A stretch of 64,000 nucleotides of DNA. It comes from an uncultured Acidobacteriota bacterium. Its GTDB lineage: Bacteria; Acidobacteriota; Terriglobia; UBA7540. Under the pieces are notes generated by a model. That model saw only the letters and a list, made by a program, of their open reading frames with translations, did no database searches and was not told the DNA's origin. Both the position numbers and the translations under genes were made by a program. Positions 54,106-64,000 of the stretch are shown one piece after another. Position 1 is the stretch's first letter. Each line of letters begins with the position of its first letter. Location: NCBI GenBank assembly GCA_963804995.1, contig CAWDSK010000006.1, forward strand, positions 128,001-192,000, given 5' to 3'.

Positions 54106-55616
54106 ATGTCTACAACGAATACGCGAGTGACAAAGCAACATGATCGGCAAAAACGCCAGCGGTCCGCGGTCACGCGAAGAGCTTTTCTCCGCGCGGCTTC
54201 CCTGTCGCCAGCGTTTTTCGCACTTGCATCCCGGCGGGCGAGCGCGGTGAACACTGAAACTCCCAAACCCACCGACATCCGCATTGATGAAGTCGCCATC
54301 GACTACCAGGATTTTCCCTACCGTACGCCCTACAAATTCGGCGGCAGGGAGATTGACCGGGTGACCGTCCTGAACGTCTGGTGTTCCGTGCACACCCTAA
54401 GCGGCCGCGAAGCGCGCGGCTTCGGGTCGATGCCGCTGGTCAGCGCCTGGGCATTCCCGTCTAAGAAAATGTCCTCCGACTCAACCCTGGGGGCCATGAA
54501 AGTCCTGGCTGAGAGCATTCGAGGCATCACTGAAGACTTCGACGACCTTGCTCATCCCATCGACATCAACGTGGCGCTCGAACCCGAATACGTGCGAGCC
54601 GCGCAGGAGGTATCCGAAGACCTGCACCTCGCGGAACCGATTCCCAAGCTCTGTACTTTGGTAACTGCGAGCGCATTCGACGCCGCTTTGCATGACGCTT
54701 TCGGAAAAGCCAACGGGGTTAGCAGCTATCACGCTTATGGCCGCGATTTCATGACCTACGACCTCGGGCACTACCTTGGCCCCGACTTCAACGGTGAATA
54801 CCCTGACCAGTATTTGTTGCGGGACCCCACGCCCCGCTTGGCGATATACCACTCCGTGGGCGAGTCAGACCCCATCGCAGAGTCGGACGTCAAGGAGCGC
54901 ATTCACGACGGCATGCCCATGAGCCTGCATGGGTGGATTGACTACAATGGCCTGACGCACATCAAGATCAAATTAGCGGGTAATAATCTGGAATGGGATC
55001 TCAGCGGATGCTGAGCATCGACCGGACCACCCGCGAGGTAGAGACGGCGCGCGGCGTGAAGGATTGGGTTTACTCGCTCGACTTCAATGAGCAGTGCAGC
55101 AACGTCGCATACCTGTTGGATTTTTTACACCGCCTGAAGGAGAAGTCGCCTATCGCTTACGATAAAATCCAGTTCCTCGAACAGCCGACCAAACGCGACC
55201 TCGCAAACGATCGGGGAAATGTGATGTTCGAGGTTGCGAAGCTTTGGCCGGTCGTAATCGATGAATCACTGACAGGGCTGGATATGCTGATGCTGGCGCG
55301 TCAAATGGGCTACTCGGGAGCGGCGCTAAAGACCTGCAAGGGGCATACAGAGTCCATACTTCTTGCCGCGGTTTGTCAAAAATACAAGATGTTCATGTGC
55401 GTCATGGATTTCACTTGCCCCGGCGCTTCCCTGGTGCACTCCGCAGGACTGGCAGCCCACCTGCCCACGATTACCGCCCTTGAATCCAACGCTCGGCACT
55501 TCGTGCCCGCCGGCAATCGTGGCTGGGAGAGCAAATTCCCGGGAATCTTCGTCATCAAAGACGGCACGATGAGCACAGGGGACCTGACCAAACCCGGCTT
55601 GGGTGTTGTTGAGTAA
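54106..55616 (+). CDS. Enolase-superfamily (mandelate racemase-like) protein, frameshift near 55005
   Basis: TRRAFL signal, KIKL, LDFNE, LEQP, IDES, ALKTCKG, KPGLG. Confidence 0.8.
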
Positions 55617-55617
55617 C

Positions 55618-55824
55618 CTAGTGTGGTGTCCCGTGTTAGAGTTGACAAGGGGTAGAACCCCCTCACCCGTCTGGCCTCGGCTGATGAGAACGCCTCGGCC
55701 AGCCACCCTCTCCCCCAAAGGGGCGAGGGCAAGAAAATTAACTCTCCCCTCGCCCCTTTGGGGGAGAGGGGCTGGGGGGTGAGGGGGACAGCCTTGTCAA
55801 ATATTAACCGGGACACCACACGAG
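55618..55824. mobile_element. MITE-like element with ~33-bp imperfect terminal inverted repeats
   Basis: CTAGTGTGGTGTCCCGTGTTAGAGTTGACAAGG ... CCTTGTCAAATATTAACCGGGACACCACACGAG enclosing a CCCTCTCCC-type repeat. Confidence 0.7.
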
Positions 55825-55836
55825 GAGGAGAATCCC

Positions 55837-56865
55837 ATTTCCACAATCCTCACTACCACCGTCGGGTCGTACCCCATACCGGATTGGCTGACCGCCGCAC
55901 CCAGCCGGCAGTCTCGTCTTGATGCCACGCGCGTGGTCTTCGACATCCAGCGGCAGGCGGGCATCGACCTCCCCACGGATGGCGAACTCTATCGGTTCGA
56001 TATCAACCATCCCGACACCAACGGCATGATCGAATACTTTCTGCGGCCTATGAGCGGCATCAGCACCGAGCTTGGGCGCGCCGATTGGGACGCCTATTAC
56101 CGGTTGCGGGGGGTGGGTTTTCGCAACATCCCCGCAGGCATTGTCACCGGTGCGATTAGTGGAGGCAAACTTAACCTACTGGCCGATTGTTCGACCACTG
56201 CCGAGGTCGCGGGCGGTCCGTTCAAATTTACCGTGACCAGCCCCTACATGCTTTCCCGGCTGCTCTTGGACAATCACTATCATGATTTCGATGCCTTGAC
56301 CATGGCCGTCGCCAAAGCTCTGAGCGAACAAGTTGCGGGCCTTCCTTGTGCCTGCCTGCAAGTTGATGAAGCCATCCTGGTCGAGAATCCAGAGGACGTT
56401 GCCCTGGCGGCGAAAGCGATCAACCTTCTGCTCGACAGTGTCACCTGCCAGCGGGCAGTGCACCTCTGCTTCGGCAACTATGGCGGCCAGACCATTCGCA
56501 AGGGACATTGGGCCTCGCTGATAGAATTCTTCAACGCCCTGCACGCCGACCACCTGGTCTTGGAAATTGCTCACCGCCCGAGCGAAGACCTCGAGGCACT
56601 GAAGGACGTTGCGCCGCGAATCAAGCTTGGCATCGGGGTCGTGGATGTGAAGATTAATCGCGTCGAAACAGCCGATGAGATTGCCCAGCGGATTGAGGCG
56701 GCGGAAAAGATCCTGGGCCCCGGGCGGGTAGGCTGGGTCCATCCCGATTGCGGTTTCTGGATGCTGAAGCGTTCAGTGGCCGATCGCAAAATCGCCGCGC
56801 TGGTTAAAGGGCGCGACCGCTATCTGGGCAAGGGCTCACACACCGCCGCGGGTAAGTCAAATTAG
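55837..56865 (+). CDS. Cobalamin-independent methionine synthase II family (single-barrel MetE-like) protein
   Basis: TTTVGSYP N-terminus upstream of the track start, TDGE..R, QVDE, HLCFGN, PDCG. Confidence 0.85.
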   Translation: MSTILTTTVGSYPIPDWLTAAPSRQSRLDATRVVFDIQRQAGIDLPTDGELYRFDINHPDTNGMIEYFLRPMSGISTELGRADWDAYYRLRGVGFRNIPAGIVTGAISGGKLNLLADCSTTAEVAGGPFKFTVTSPYMLSRLLLDNHYHDFDALTMAVAKALSEQVAGLPCACLQVDEAILVENPEDVALAAKAINLLLDSVTCQRAVHLCFGNYGGQTIRKGHWASLIEFFNALHADHLVLEIAHRPSEDLEALKDVAPRIKLGIGVVDVKINRVETADEIAQRIEAAEKILGPGRVGWVHPDCGFWMLKRSVADRKIAALVKGRDRYLGKGSHTAAGKSN

Positions 56866-57252
56866 TAGTGCCGGGCCAGCTACTCACCCCAGCACTGTTC
56901 ACATAACGGGTATGTCTCTTTTCAATTTGTCCCCGTCCGACCCCCTCACCCGCCTGCGGGCCGAAGCTGAGGTTGTTTACTGTTCCCGGGTGCCCCTTCG
57001 GTGGGCGCAGGCCCGTCCCGCCCCGGCTGATGAGAACGCCGGCTGCGGTCCACCCTCTCCCCCAAGGGGGTGAGGGTTATGAATTCGATTCAACATCCCC
57101 CTCTCATCTTGGTAATTTCAAACTAACTCTCCCCTCGGTCGCCGCGGCGACAGAGGGGCTGGGGGTTAGGGGGTTCCGAATCAGGTACGGTCTCGTGACA
57201 AAGCCTATTTGAAAATCGTTGCCCTCGCGAAACAACCCTCACGACATGCTGG

Positions 57253-59631
57253 CTAGTACACCAGGTGTTGCACACCAGGATGCAGCACTGTACTCTTTCC
57301 TTTCCAGAGAAACGCGCCGGTGAGTCCTGCCGGCAGTGTCACATCCGCCTTCAAATGATCGCCGTCCCTTTGGTAAGCAACCGTGATGTCACCACGCGGG
57401 TGAGGCATGGTCGCATTCAATTGCTTAAGTGACCCAAGGTGCGGTTGGATGGTAACCCTGCTGAACCCCGGCGCGGCCGATTCAATTCCCGCCACGGTCG
57501 CCAGCAGATCGAAGTTGGGATGCGCGCTCCAGGCGTGGCAATCCGATCTCCCCGGTTCCGGCATTTCGGCCCAGGTGGTCAAGCCCAATGCCAGCATTTT
57601 CCGCCAGGGCTCCAGTTGCGCCAGATATTCATCCGCAAGGTCGGCCTTTTTCATGGCCCGGAAGAGGTAAAAGCGGAAGTAGTAGGTGGCCGGCGTAAGG
57701 CTGGAGTCGGCCAAAATGCTTTTTATGACTCGCTGCTGGTCGGCCGCGGGGATCGAATCCGCCAGCACGCCCAGAATATTCGCTTGCTGGCTGAAGGTTT
57801 TGTGCTCCGGCGTATCTGCAAGCAATTTACGCGCGGGGTCCCAGCACAGTTTATATACCGCAGTCACGATTTTGGTAGCGAGCGCCCTGTCCCGCGCCGC
57901 CAATTCTTTGCTGCCATAAGCGTCTTCCAGGTCGGCTGCAGCGCGCAGGCCGATGGCAAATTGCAGGCTCAGCATGGAAGATTGACCATCCTTATCCATG
58001 GGCGGACGCCCGTCGTCAAACTGATTCGGCCAGTCCACAAAGTTCCACCACTTGAGCCGCCCCAACATTCCCGAGGGCGCCATGCGGCGCTCAAACCAGC
58101 CCAGCACGTCGCGCATGCCGGGAACATAGTTGCGCAGAAAATCCACGTCGCCGCGGTACCACCAGAAATCGTGCATCATGCCGATCCAGAAGAGCGAGAA
58201 CTGCGGGATATATTGCGGGGTGGAAGTGGGGTAACGGCTTTGGGTCAGACCTTCTGGCGTGCGGGATTCGTCGAGCGATTCGATGGCGTTCTTCACCAAG
58301 CGGTCGTCGCCGGTCATGTAAAGAGAGATCAGACTCTGAATGCGGGTATCGCCAACGTATTGGAGTTGTTCCCAGTAGGGGCAATCCACATAAGTCTCAT
58401 GCGCGCACAACCGGGCGGTCCGCCAACCCACTTGCCAGATTTTCGCGAGTTCCGGGTCGTCGCTGTCAAAACGGGCGCGCTGTTCGAAGGGATAAGCCGT
58501 AAAGCGGGACCTCAGATCCTCAATCGTGAGTGGTTGGGATCCGGTCTCCGCTTCAATTTGCAAATAGCGGAAGGTCCGCCACCAAAGCGGCCGGAAGAGG
58601 CGATGCTGGCCGCCGTCAGGTTGAAAACGATCCAGGAGGCCCCGCATCTCCTTGCCCTCGATTTCGTTGCGGTTGCCCTTCTCATGCCCCTTCCAAAGCC
58701 CCTCGGCGTAGGTCAGGGTGAGGCTTGAGCCTTGCCCGCCACTGCTCACGAGCTCGGGATAGCCCGTCGTCAAATAGCTTTGATCGAAGAGCAGTGTGAC
58801 GTGGGAATTTGCCGGTACGGTAAAAGGTGCGCAGCCCTGCAAGAATTCCGGAGATACCTCCGCGCCATTCGCTCGAACCACTCGCGCCAGCCTTTCCAGC
58901 TTGTCCTCCATTAGAGGAATGGTGCGCGGGGTCAGCATCCACGAGGAGTTGTAATAGATCCGGATCGAGCGTGTGTCGCCATGCGCGATGGGCAGTGCCG
59001 CAACCCAGCCTGAATCGTCAAACCCCGGAGTCTCCCATCCCCACGGATACTGAGAGGCGTCAACCTGCTCGCCCGGACCAACAGCGAGAAATCCTCCAAT
59101 CTTTTCCTCGCTCATCGGGATCATCGTGACCGCCCGGCTCCTGTACACTTTCCAGGAATCGTCGGTGTTCACGATCTCTTCCGTGGCCGAGTCGCCTTGA
59201 ACGATCAGGCCCGTTTCGCTCGAGACCTGCGCCAAGGGAGCCATTGCGGCAAAGTTCCACACCACCGCCGCAAGTAAGTTTCGCCCGGCGACAAGATGAG
59301 GGGCAATATCGAGCGTCTCATAGCGCCAGTAGTTCAGGTCACCGCGCGCGGGGCCTTCGACCACCCGCTGGCCGTTCACGAACAACTCATACCGATTGTC
59401 GCCGCTCACATGAATAACAAAGTGCTGAGGAACGGAGTCAAGCGTGAACGCCTTGCGGAAATGAAAAACCCCGAACTCACGCCGCGGCCCTTCTGGATGC
59501 CTGATCCACGAAGCGTTCCAGGTGTGGTGAACCAGATCCAAGCCCGCCGTTTGCGAAGTAGATACGGAACAGGGTACCAGGCCGAATGCGAACGTTAAGG
59601 CGATGTAAAGAATCTTGGTTTGAAAACGCAT
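57253..59631 (-). CDS. Alpha-L-rhamnosidase (GH78)
   Basis: Signal peptide, HFRKAF, SGDNRY, YVDCPYWEQLQYVGD, FVDW, TTWAE, SDCHAWS. Confidence 0.9.
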   Translation of the reverse strand: MRFQTKILYIALTFAFGLVPCSVSTSQTAGLDLVHHTWNASWIRHPEGPRREFGVFHFRKAFTLDSVPQHFVIHVSGDNRYELFVNGQRVVEGPARGDLNYWRYETLDIAPHLVAGRNLLAAVVWNFAAMAPLAQVSSETGLIVQGDSATEEIVNTDDSWKVYRSRAVTMIPMSEEKIGGFLAVGPGEQVDASQYPWGWETPGFDDSGWVAALPIAHGDTRSIRIYYNSSWMLTPRTIPLMEDKLERLARVVRANGAEVSPEFLQGCAPFTVPANSHVTLLFDQSYLTTGYPELVSSGGQGSSLTLTYAEGLWKGHEKGNRNEIEGKEMRGLLDRFQPDGGQHRLFRPLWWRTFRYLQIEAETGSQPLTIEDLRSRFTAYPFEQRARFDSDDPELAKIWQVGWRTARLCAHETYVDCPYWEQLQYVGDTRIQSLISLYMTGDDRLVKNAIESLDESRTPEGLTQSRYPTSTPQYIPQFSLFWIGMMHDFWWYRGDVDFLRNYVPGMRDVLGWFERRMAPSGMLGRLKWWNFVDWPNQFDDGRPPMDKDGQSSMLSLQFAIGLRAAADLEDAYGSKELAARDRALATKIVTAVYKLCWDPARKLLADTPEHKTFSQQANILGVLADSIPAADQQRVIKSILADSSLTPATYYFRFYLFRAMKKADLADEYLAQLEPWRKMLALGLTTWAEMPEPGRSDCHAWSAHPNFDLLATVAGIESAAPGFSRVTIQPHLGSLKQLNATMPHPRGDITVAYQRDGDHLKADVTLPAGLTGAFLWKGKSTVLHPGVQHLVY

Positions 59632-59880
59632 GAATAAATGTGCCCCCTTCAAGTAGCAGTTAACTCCGTGCGGGCCGCAGTATACCGCTCAAACCATGCT
59701 TTGTCCTATGGTGCGTGAGAAAAATTGGAGATGGCTGATTCCACTCTTCCTCACATTCCTGTAACCACAGATCACCGCGCGCATCTAAGGTAAGTGTGAT
59801 GAAGCGAGGAGCGGGGAGAAGTGTACACTGGTGAGGGGGTGGTGATCCCCCTACAGGATCCAAACTCTAAGGAGGTTCGG

Positions 59881-60204
59881 ATGAGGAAACTTGCGTGTCT
59901 AGGTGCGGGCATACTGCTGGCCGTTAGCCTGAGTCTCGCGGCGCCGGGGACGACCAAGACTTTTGTGGGCAGCATTGGAGATTCCATGTGCGGGGCCAAG
60001 CACATGATGCCCGGGAGTGCCAAGGATTGTACTCTCGAGTGCATCAAGGGTGGCGCGAAGTATATTCTGATTGACCCCGCAGGCAAGGTCTACCAACTCA
60101 GCGATCAAAAGAAACCGGAGCAGTTTGCAGGCGGTGAAGTGAAAGTCACCGGGACGCTGAAGGGCGACACCATTACGGTCAGCTCGATCGAAGCCAAGAA
60201 GTGA
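59881..60204 (+). CDS. Small secreted protein (DUF5818-like)
   Basis: AAGGAGG RBS, signal peptide, DSMCGAKH...CTLECIKGG...VKVTGT. Confidence 0.75.
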   Translation: MRKLACLGAGILLAVSLSLAAPGTTKTFVGSIGDSMCGAKHMMPGSAKDCTLECIKGGAKYILIDPAGKVYQLSDQKKPEQFAGGEVKVTGTLKGDTITVSSIEAKK

Positions 60205-60371
60205 CGCGCGGGATTTTCCCTGCCCTTAGTCGCTGTTGCGCGATAGGGGGTCTGGGTCAGCGTAAGGGAGCGGCCGCGGGGCACTTCTCCCAAAAGGACC
60301 AGCGGGGCGAAGAAAAATCGACTATAATCTTTTCGATAAAGTTCAACCCGGAAGGATTTGAAAAAGAACAT

Positions 60372-60515
60372 ATGGAAACGGGTCACAGCACGCCCACGGG
60401 GCAGGAGTGGAAAGTCCGCCGCGTGGGAACAGTTACGTTTGCAATCTCTAAACCCAAGAGAAGTCGCCGGAAACTGCGTCAGATGCGCTTGAAGAATCGC
60501 CGACGCGCGCGTTAA
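60372..60515 (+). CDS. Small very basic protein (47 aa)
   Basis: METGHSTPTGQEWKVRRVGTVTFAISKPKRSRRKLRQMRLKNRRRAR; TATAAT at 60323. Confidence 0.45.
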   Translation: METGHSTPTGQEWKVRRVGTVTFAISKPKRSRRKLRQMRLKNRRRAR

Positions 60516-60704
60516 GTAGCGATAGCCAACGGGCCTGGCAGGCAACTCATTCAGATTACTGAATGTGGGTAGAACGGAAGGCGATGTACCTTTCGGGGCG
60601 GTGGAGTATTTTGCCCTGAGCTCATTCGAAAAAGCTTTCGTGGCTCGGCACCATAGGGTTCGCTCCATCGTGGTCGCGATCGCTCCATCACTGCTGGCAA
60701 ATCG

Positions 60705-61680
60705 ATGATCCACATCCTCCGCCAATACGGTTACTCCTTTATTTTTCTGGCGGTCTTTGCAGAAAACCTGGGGGTGCCGGTACCCAGTTACCCGGTGATT
60801 CTTGTGGGCGCGGCGCTGGCTGCGAATCTGCACTTGCGCTTGCCAGGGATTTTCCTCGTCTGTGTGCTGGGGGCGCTCGCAGGGGACGGCATCTGGTACA
60901 TACTGGGCCGATCTCGCGGGCGGCCCATTCTGCGCAAACTCTGTTCGCTCTCCCTCTCGCCGGATTCCTGCGTCAGCCGCACCGAACGCCTCTTCGAACG
61001 CTATGGACTGAAATCCCTGCTGGTGGCCAAGTTCGTTCCAGGACTGAACACCGTTGCCCCGCCCCTGGCGGGAATGTTGAAGATTCCACCCGCGCGATTC
61101 GTCGCCGCGGACCTTGTGGGCATCGCCCTGTGGGCCGGCTCCGCCGTTGGCTTGGGCCGGGCGTTCCATACCGAAGTCGAGTGGGTGATCGAGTGGCTTG
61201 CCGCCTTTGGCCGGACAGGCGTGCTGGTTCTCGCGGTGATGCTGGCGGGCTGGTTGCTGCTCAAGTGGGTGGAGCGTTGGCGATTCTACCGCCTGCTGGA
61301 GCGCTCGCGCATTTCGGCGCCGGAACTCAAGGAGCGGCTCGACCGCGGCGAATCCGTCGTCATTGTCGATTTGCGCTCTGACATCAGTTACCATGTGGAT
61401 GGCAAGAAAGTAGCCGGCGCGCTCTGGATCCCACCGGGGGATTTCGATCACCGCTACAACGAAATCCCGCTCGGCCGCCCGGTGGTGATGTACTGCACTT
61501 GACCCAACGAAGCCACCAGCGCCAGGATGGCGCGGTTACTCAACGAGAAAGGTTATCAGGACGTTCTGGCCGCTCTTGGGAGGATTTGACGCGTGGCAAG
61601 AGCTGGGCTATCCCACAGAACCTGTCGTCGTTCAAGTTCCGGCTTTGACCTCCATCGCGCCAGTCAGTTCATCCGCCTGA
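60705..61680 (+). CDS. DedA-rhodanese fusion, probable selenoprotein (UGA at 61500-61502), frameshift near 61564
   Basis: DedA motifs (ENLGVPVP, GDGIWY..GR, AKFVPG); rhodanese IVDLR...VVMYCT-UGA-PNEATSAR...GGFDAWQELGYP. Confidence 0.8.
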
Positions 61681-61773
61681 ACGCCGGTCATACAACTCTT
61701 ACCTGGCAGAAAGCCTCTATAAGTACAGAGGCTTACTCGGGCAGGAAACGCCATTAAGATCAGGAACTCCACA

Positions 61774-63165
61774 ATGAAATCAACGCCAAACCTAACCAAG
61801 AAAATCGTGTTGGGAATCTCTCTCCTGGTCGTGACAGGCTTGCTCAGCCTGGCTACGGCGCTGGCAGATCGTCCTCTGTCAAAGGACGACCTGACTTTGC
61901 TCCTGCTCGGCGGTTCGCAGAGCAACAACATCATTCAGATGGTCCAGCAACGCGGCATTGATTTCCAGATGAACCCGGAGCTGGCTAAGAAGTTCCACGA
62001 CTTGGGCGCCAGCGACGATTTGATTGAGGCCTTGCAGAAAGCGGGAAACAAAGCGCCGGCCGCCGCTCCCAGCGCGCCCCCACCCGCCGCAGAGAGCAAG
62101 CCTAACGCTCCGGCTGCCCCGGCCGCGCCGGCCACTGAGACGGCACCGACCAAACCGAATTCGCCCACGGCCCCCCCAGCCGCCCCTGCTGAACCCGTAG
62201 CAGCACCCGAACGCAAGCCCAATACGCCGGTAGCGAGCGCCCCCGACGAGCCCTCCTCGGAGCCTACGTTGCATGTTCGGAAGTCGGCCACTGAGAGCCG
62301 GGCGGAGGCTCCGCCATCGGCTCCCAAGGCAAGCGCGCCACCTTCGGCTCCGCAGGCCACTGCTGAGGCGAAGCCCCCGGCCGCGGCTCCGGCTAGTCCG
62401 CCCGTGGCCAATGCTCCGGGCCTGAAGGATCCCAGCGCGGAAGAGATTCAGCACATCATCCAGGAGTTCGCCGCCAAGGAAAAAGTCTTTCGCACGGCCC
62501 GCAACAATTACACCTACCATCAAATCAACAAGGTCCAGGAACTGGGTCCGGACAACGAAGTGGTGGGCACCTTTGAGCAGGAATGGGACATCCTCTATGA
62601 CGATGCGGGGAAACGCATCGAGCGTGTCACTTACGCTCCCCAGGATACGCTGAAAGGGCTGATTGTAACCCAGGAGGATATTGAGAACTTTCGTAATATT
62701 CAGCCTTTTGTGCTGAGCACGGAGGAGTTGCCGGAGTACGAGGTCAAGTACCTGGGCCACGTCAAGGTGGATCAAATCACCGCCTACGTCTTCAACATCC
62801 GTCCCAAGCAAATCGAGAAGAACCGGCTCTATTTCCAGGGAGTCGTATGGGTGGACGACCGCGACCTGCAGATCGTCAAGTCGGAAGGCAAGACCGTCCC
62901 TGAATTGAAAGGCAAGAAGGGACAAAACCTGTTCCCGCGGTTCACCACCTGGCGCGAGCAAATCGATGGCAAATTCTGGTTTCCCACTTACACCCTGGCC
63001 GACGACACTCTCTACTTCCCCAACGGCCCGCCTATTCACATGAAGGAAGTGGTTCGCTACGCCGACTACAAGCAATTCAAGTCCGGCGTAAGAATCCTGG
63101 GCGTGGAGGCGATCGACAAGCCGAAAGAAACCACCACTCCGCCACCCGCGCCGCCGAATAAATAA
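61774..63165 (+). CDS. Secreted protein with Pro/Ala linker and C-terminal LolA/MucB-like beta domain
   Basis: Signal peptide, long PA-rich linker, NYTY.Q, FQGVVWVDD.DLQIVK, KFWFP, YADYKQF. Confidence 0.7.
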   Translation: MKSTPNLTKKIVLGISLLVVTGLLSLATALADRPLSKDDLTLLLLGGSQSNNIIQMVQQRGIDFQMNPELAKKFHDLGASDDLIEALQKAGNKAPAAAPSAPPPAAESKPNAPAAPAAPATETAPTKPNSPTAPPAAPAEPVAAPERKPNTPVASAPDEPSSEPTLHVRKSATESRAEAPPSAPKASAPPSAPQATAEAKPPAAAPASPPVANAPGLKDPSAEEIQHIIQEFAAKEKVFRTARNNYTYHQINKVQELGPDNEVVGTFEQEWDILYDDAGKRIERVTYAPQDTLKGLIVTQEDIENFRNIQPFVLSTEELPEYEVKYLGHVKVDQITAYVFNIRPKQIEKNRLYFQGVVWVDDRDLQIVKSEGKTVPELKGKKGQNLFPRFTTWREQIDGKFWFPTYTLADDTLYFPNGPPIHMKEVVRYADYKQFKSGVRILGVEAIDKPKETTTPPPAPPNK

Positions 63166-63339
63166 GCGCCGGCTTGCTACGGCTGAGGTAACGCCGCACT
63201 GCCGAGCCGCAAGTGGAAGGCAAGAGCAGAGACCCTTTGCCTCTTGATCTCCCTTTGCAGCCTTGCCGCACTGTGCTATCGGCGTCGCGATCATTCCCGC
63301 TTCCCCCGCCCCGCTCGCTTCCTGCTACAATTCGTAGTC

Positions 63340-64000
63340 ATGAAACCGCTCAAAATGGATTGGCGCGTGGTGCTGGTGCGCCCGCGAAACCCCTTGAATA
63401 TCGGTGCTGCGGCACGAGCGCTCGCGAACTTTGGTCTGCGCGACTTGGCAGTTGTCGACCCTTTCCCTCCCACTTGGGAAGAGGCGCGCTCGGCCGCGGT
63501 GGGGGCGGAGGAGGTGGTCAGGTCAGCCCGCGTTGTACCCACTCTTCTGGAGGCCATTGGAGACGTTACGCTGGTGCTGGGTACGACCACTGGCTCGCGA
63601 CGCCACCTTGACCGCGACCTCTTGCCGCTCCCGGACCTTGCCGCCTGGCTGCGGAGCCGCAAGCATTCTGGGCGTGCCGCGCTCCTCCTCGGCTCGGAGA
63701 AGACCGGTCTATCGAACGAGCACCTGAGTCTGTGCCACGCCTTGGTGCGGATTCCCACGACCGCGGACTGCCCTTCCATGAACCTGGGCCAAGCTGTGGC
63801 CGTCTGCGCGTACGAGCTGGCGCGGTCGGGTGGGTTGGCGGTGCGGCCACCAGGCGTCACAGTCCGGGGCTCGCAGCCCGCCGAGGTGCAGGCGCTCGAC
63901 CGCGTCTTGGAGCGAGCCGCGGGTGTCCTTGACGTGGCGGGATACCTCACGCCTAGGAGCCGCGCGGCCACGCTGATCAAGCTCCGCCAATTGCTGCTCG
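63340..64000 (+). CDS. trmJ: TrmJ/TrmH-family SPOUT RNA methyltransferase, truncated by window edge
   Basis: Manual translation: VVLVRPRNPLNIGAAARALANFG...VLGTT...LLLGSEKTGLSNE...IPT...SMNLGQAVAVCAYE. Confidence 0.88.
   Translation, partial: MKPLKMDWRVVLVRPRNPLNIGAAARALANFGLRDLAVVDPFPPTWEEARSAAVGAEEVVRSARVVPTLLEAIGDVTLVLGTTTGSRRHLDRDLLPLPDLAAWLRSRKHSGRAALLLGSEKTGLSNEHLSLCHALVRIPTTADCPSMNLGQAVAVCAYELARSGGLAVRPPGVTVRGSQPAEVQALDRVLERAAGVLDVAGYLTPRSRAATLIKLRQLLL

Noticed and set aside
48496..56865. Functional link between the ACS-like gene and the MetE-like gene
   Set aside because: They are separated by a convergent MFS gene and unrelated genes, and no corrinoid protein is present; unsupported.
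60105..61451. 448-aa minus-strand ORF
   Set aside because: Overlaps three better-supported plus-strand genes and has no motif.

Overview
64 kb of high-GC bacterial chromosome; gene content and repeat style suggest Acidobacteriota/Terriglobia (inference only). From left to right: an edge-truncated IS4 transposase (missed by the ORF track), an iorAB-paaK-ACT operon, exported oxidoreductase/hydrolase genes, tRNA-Ser(TGA), a HEAT-PilZ protein, a repeat-saturated accessory zone (24-30 kb and 34.5-38 kb), a large kdp K+ uptake cluster (kdpFABC, OM beta-barrel, second internally deleted kdpA, two kinase-less KdpD N-terminal proteins), an orphan acetyl-CoA-synthase-like gene, sugar/sulfate catabolic genes, a probable DedA-rhodanese selenoprotein and a TrmJ-type methyltransferase. 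Most notable: (1) co-oriented accessory genes (TIR, NUDIX-TM, two unknowns) bounded by GGTAGCC...GGCTACC palindromic sites; the site supplies the TAG stop in three cases and lies just upstream of an RBS in three cases, a layout resembling integron cassettes but built from REP-like elements near a RAYT remnant; (2) a stand-alone AcsB-like protein retaining all A-cluster cysteines; (3) two group II introns, one ORF-less, each inserted in a different dispersed repeat with EBS1/IBS1 pairing visible; (4) an in-frame UGA plus SECIS-like hairpin. About ten genes carry 1-bp frameshifts, mostly in homopolymers, probably long-read assembly errors.
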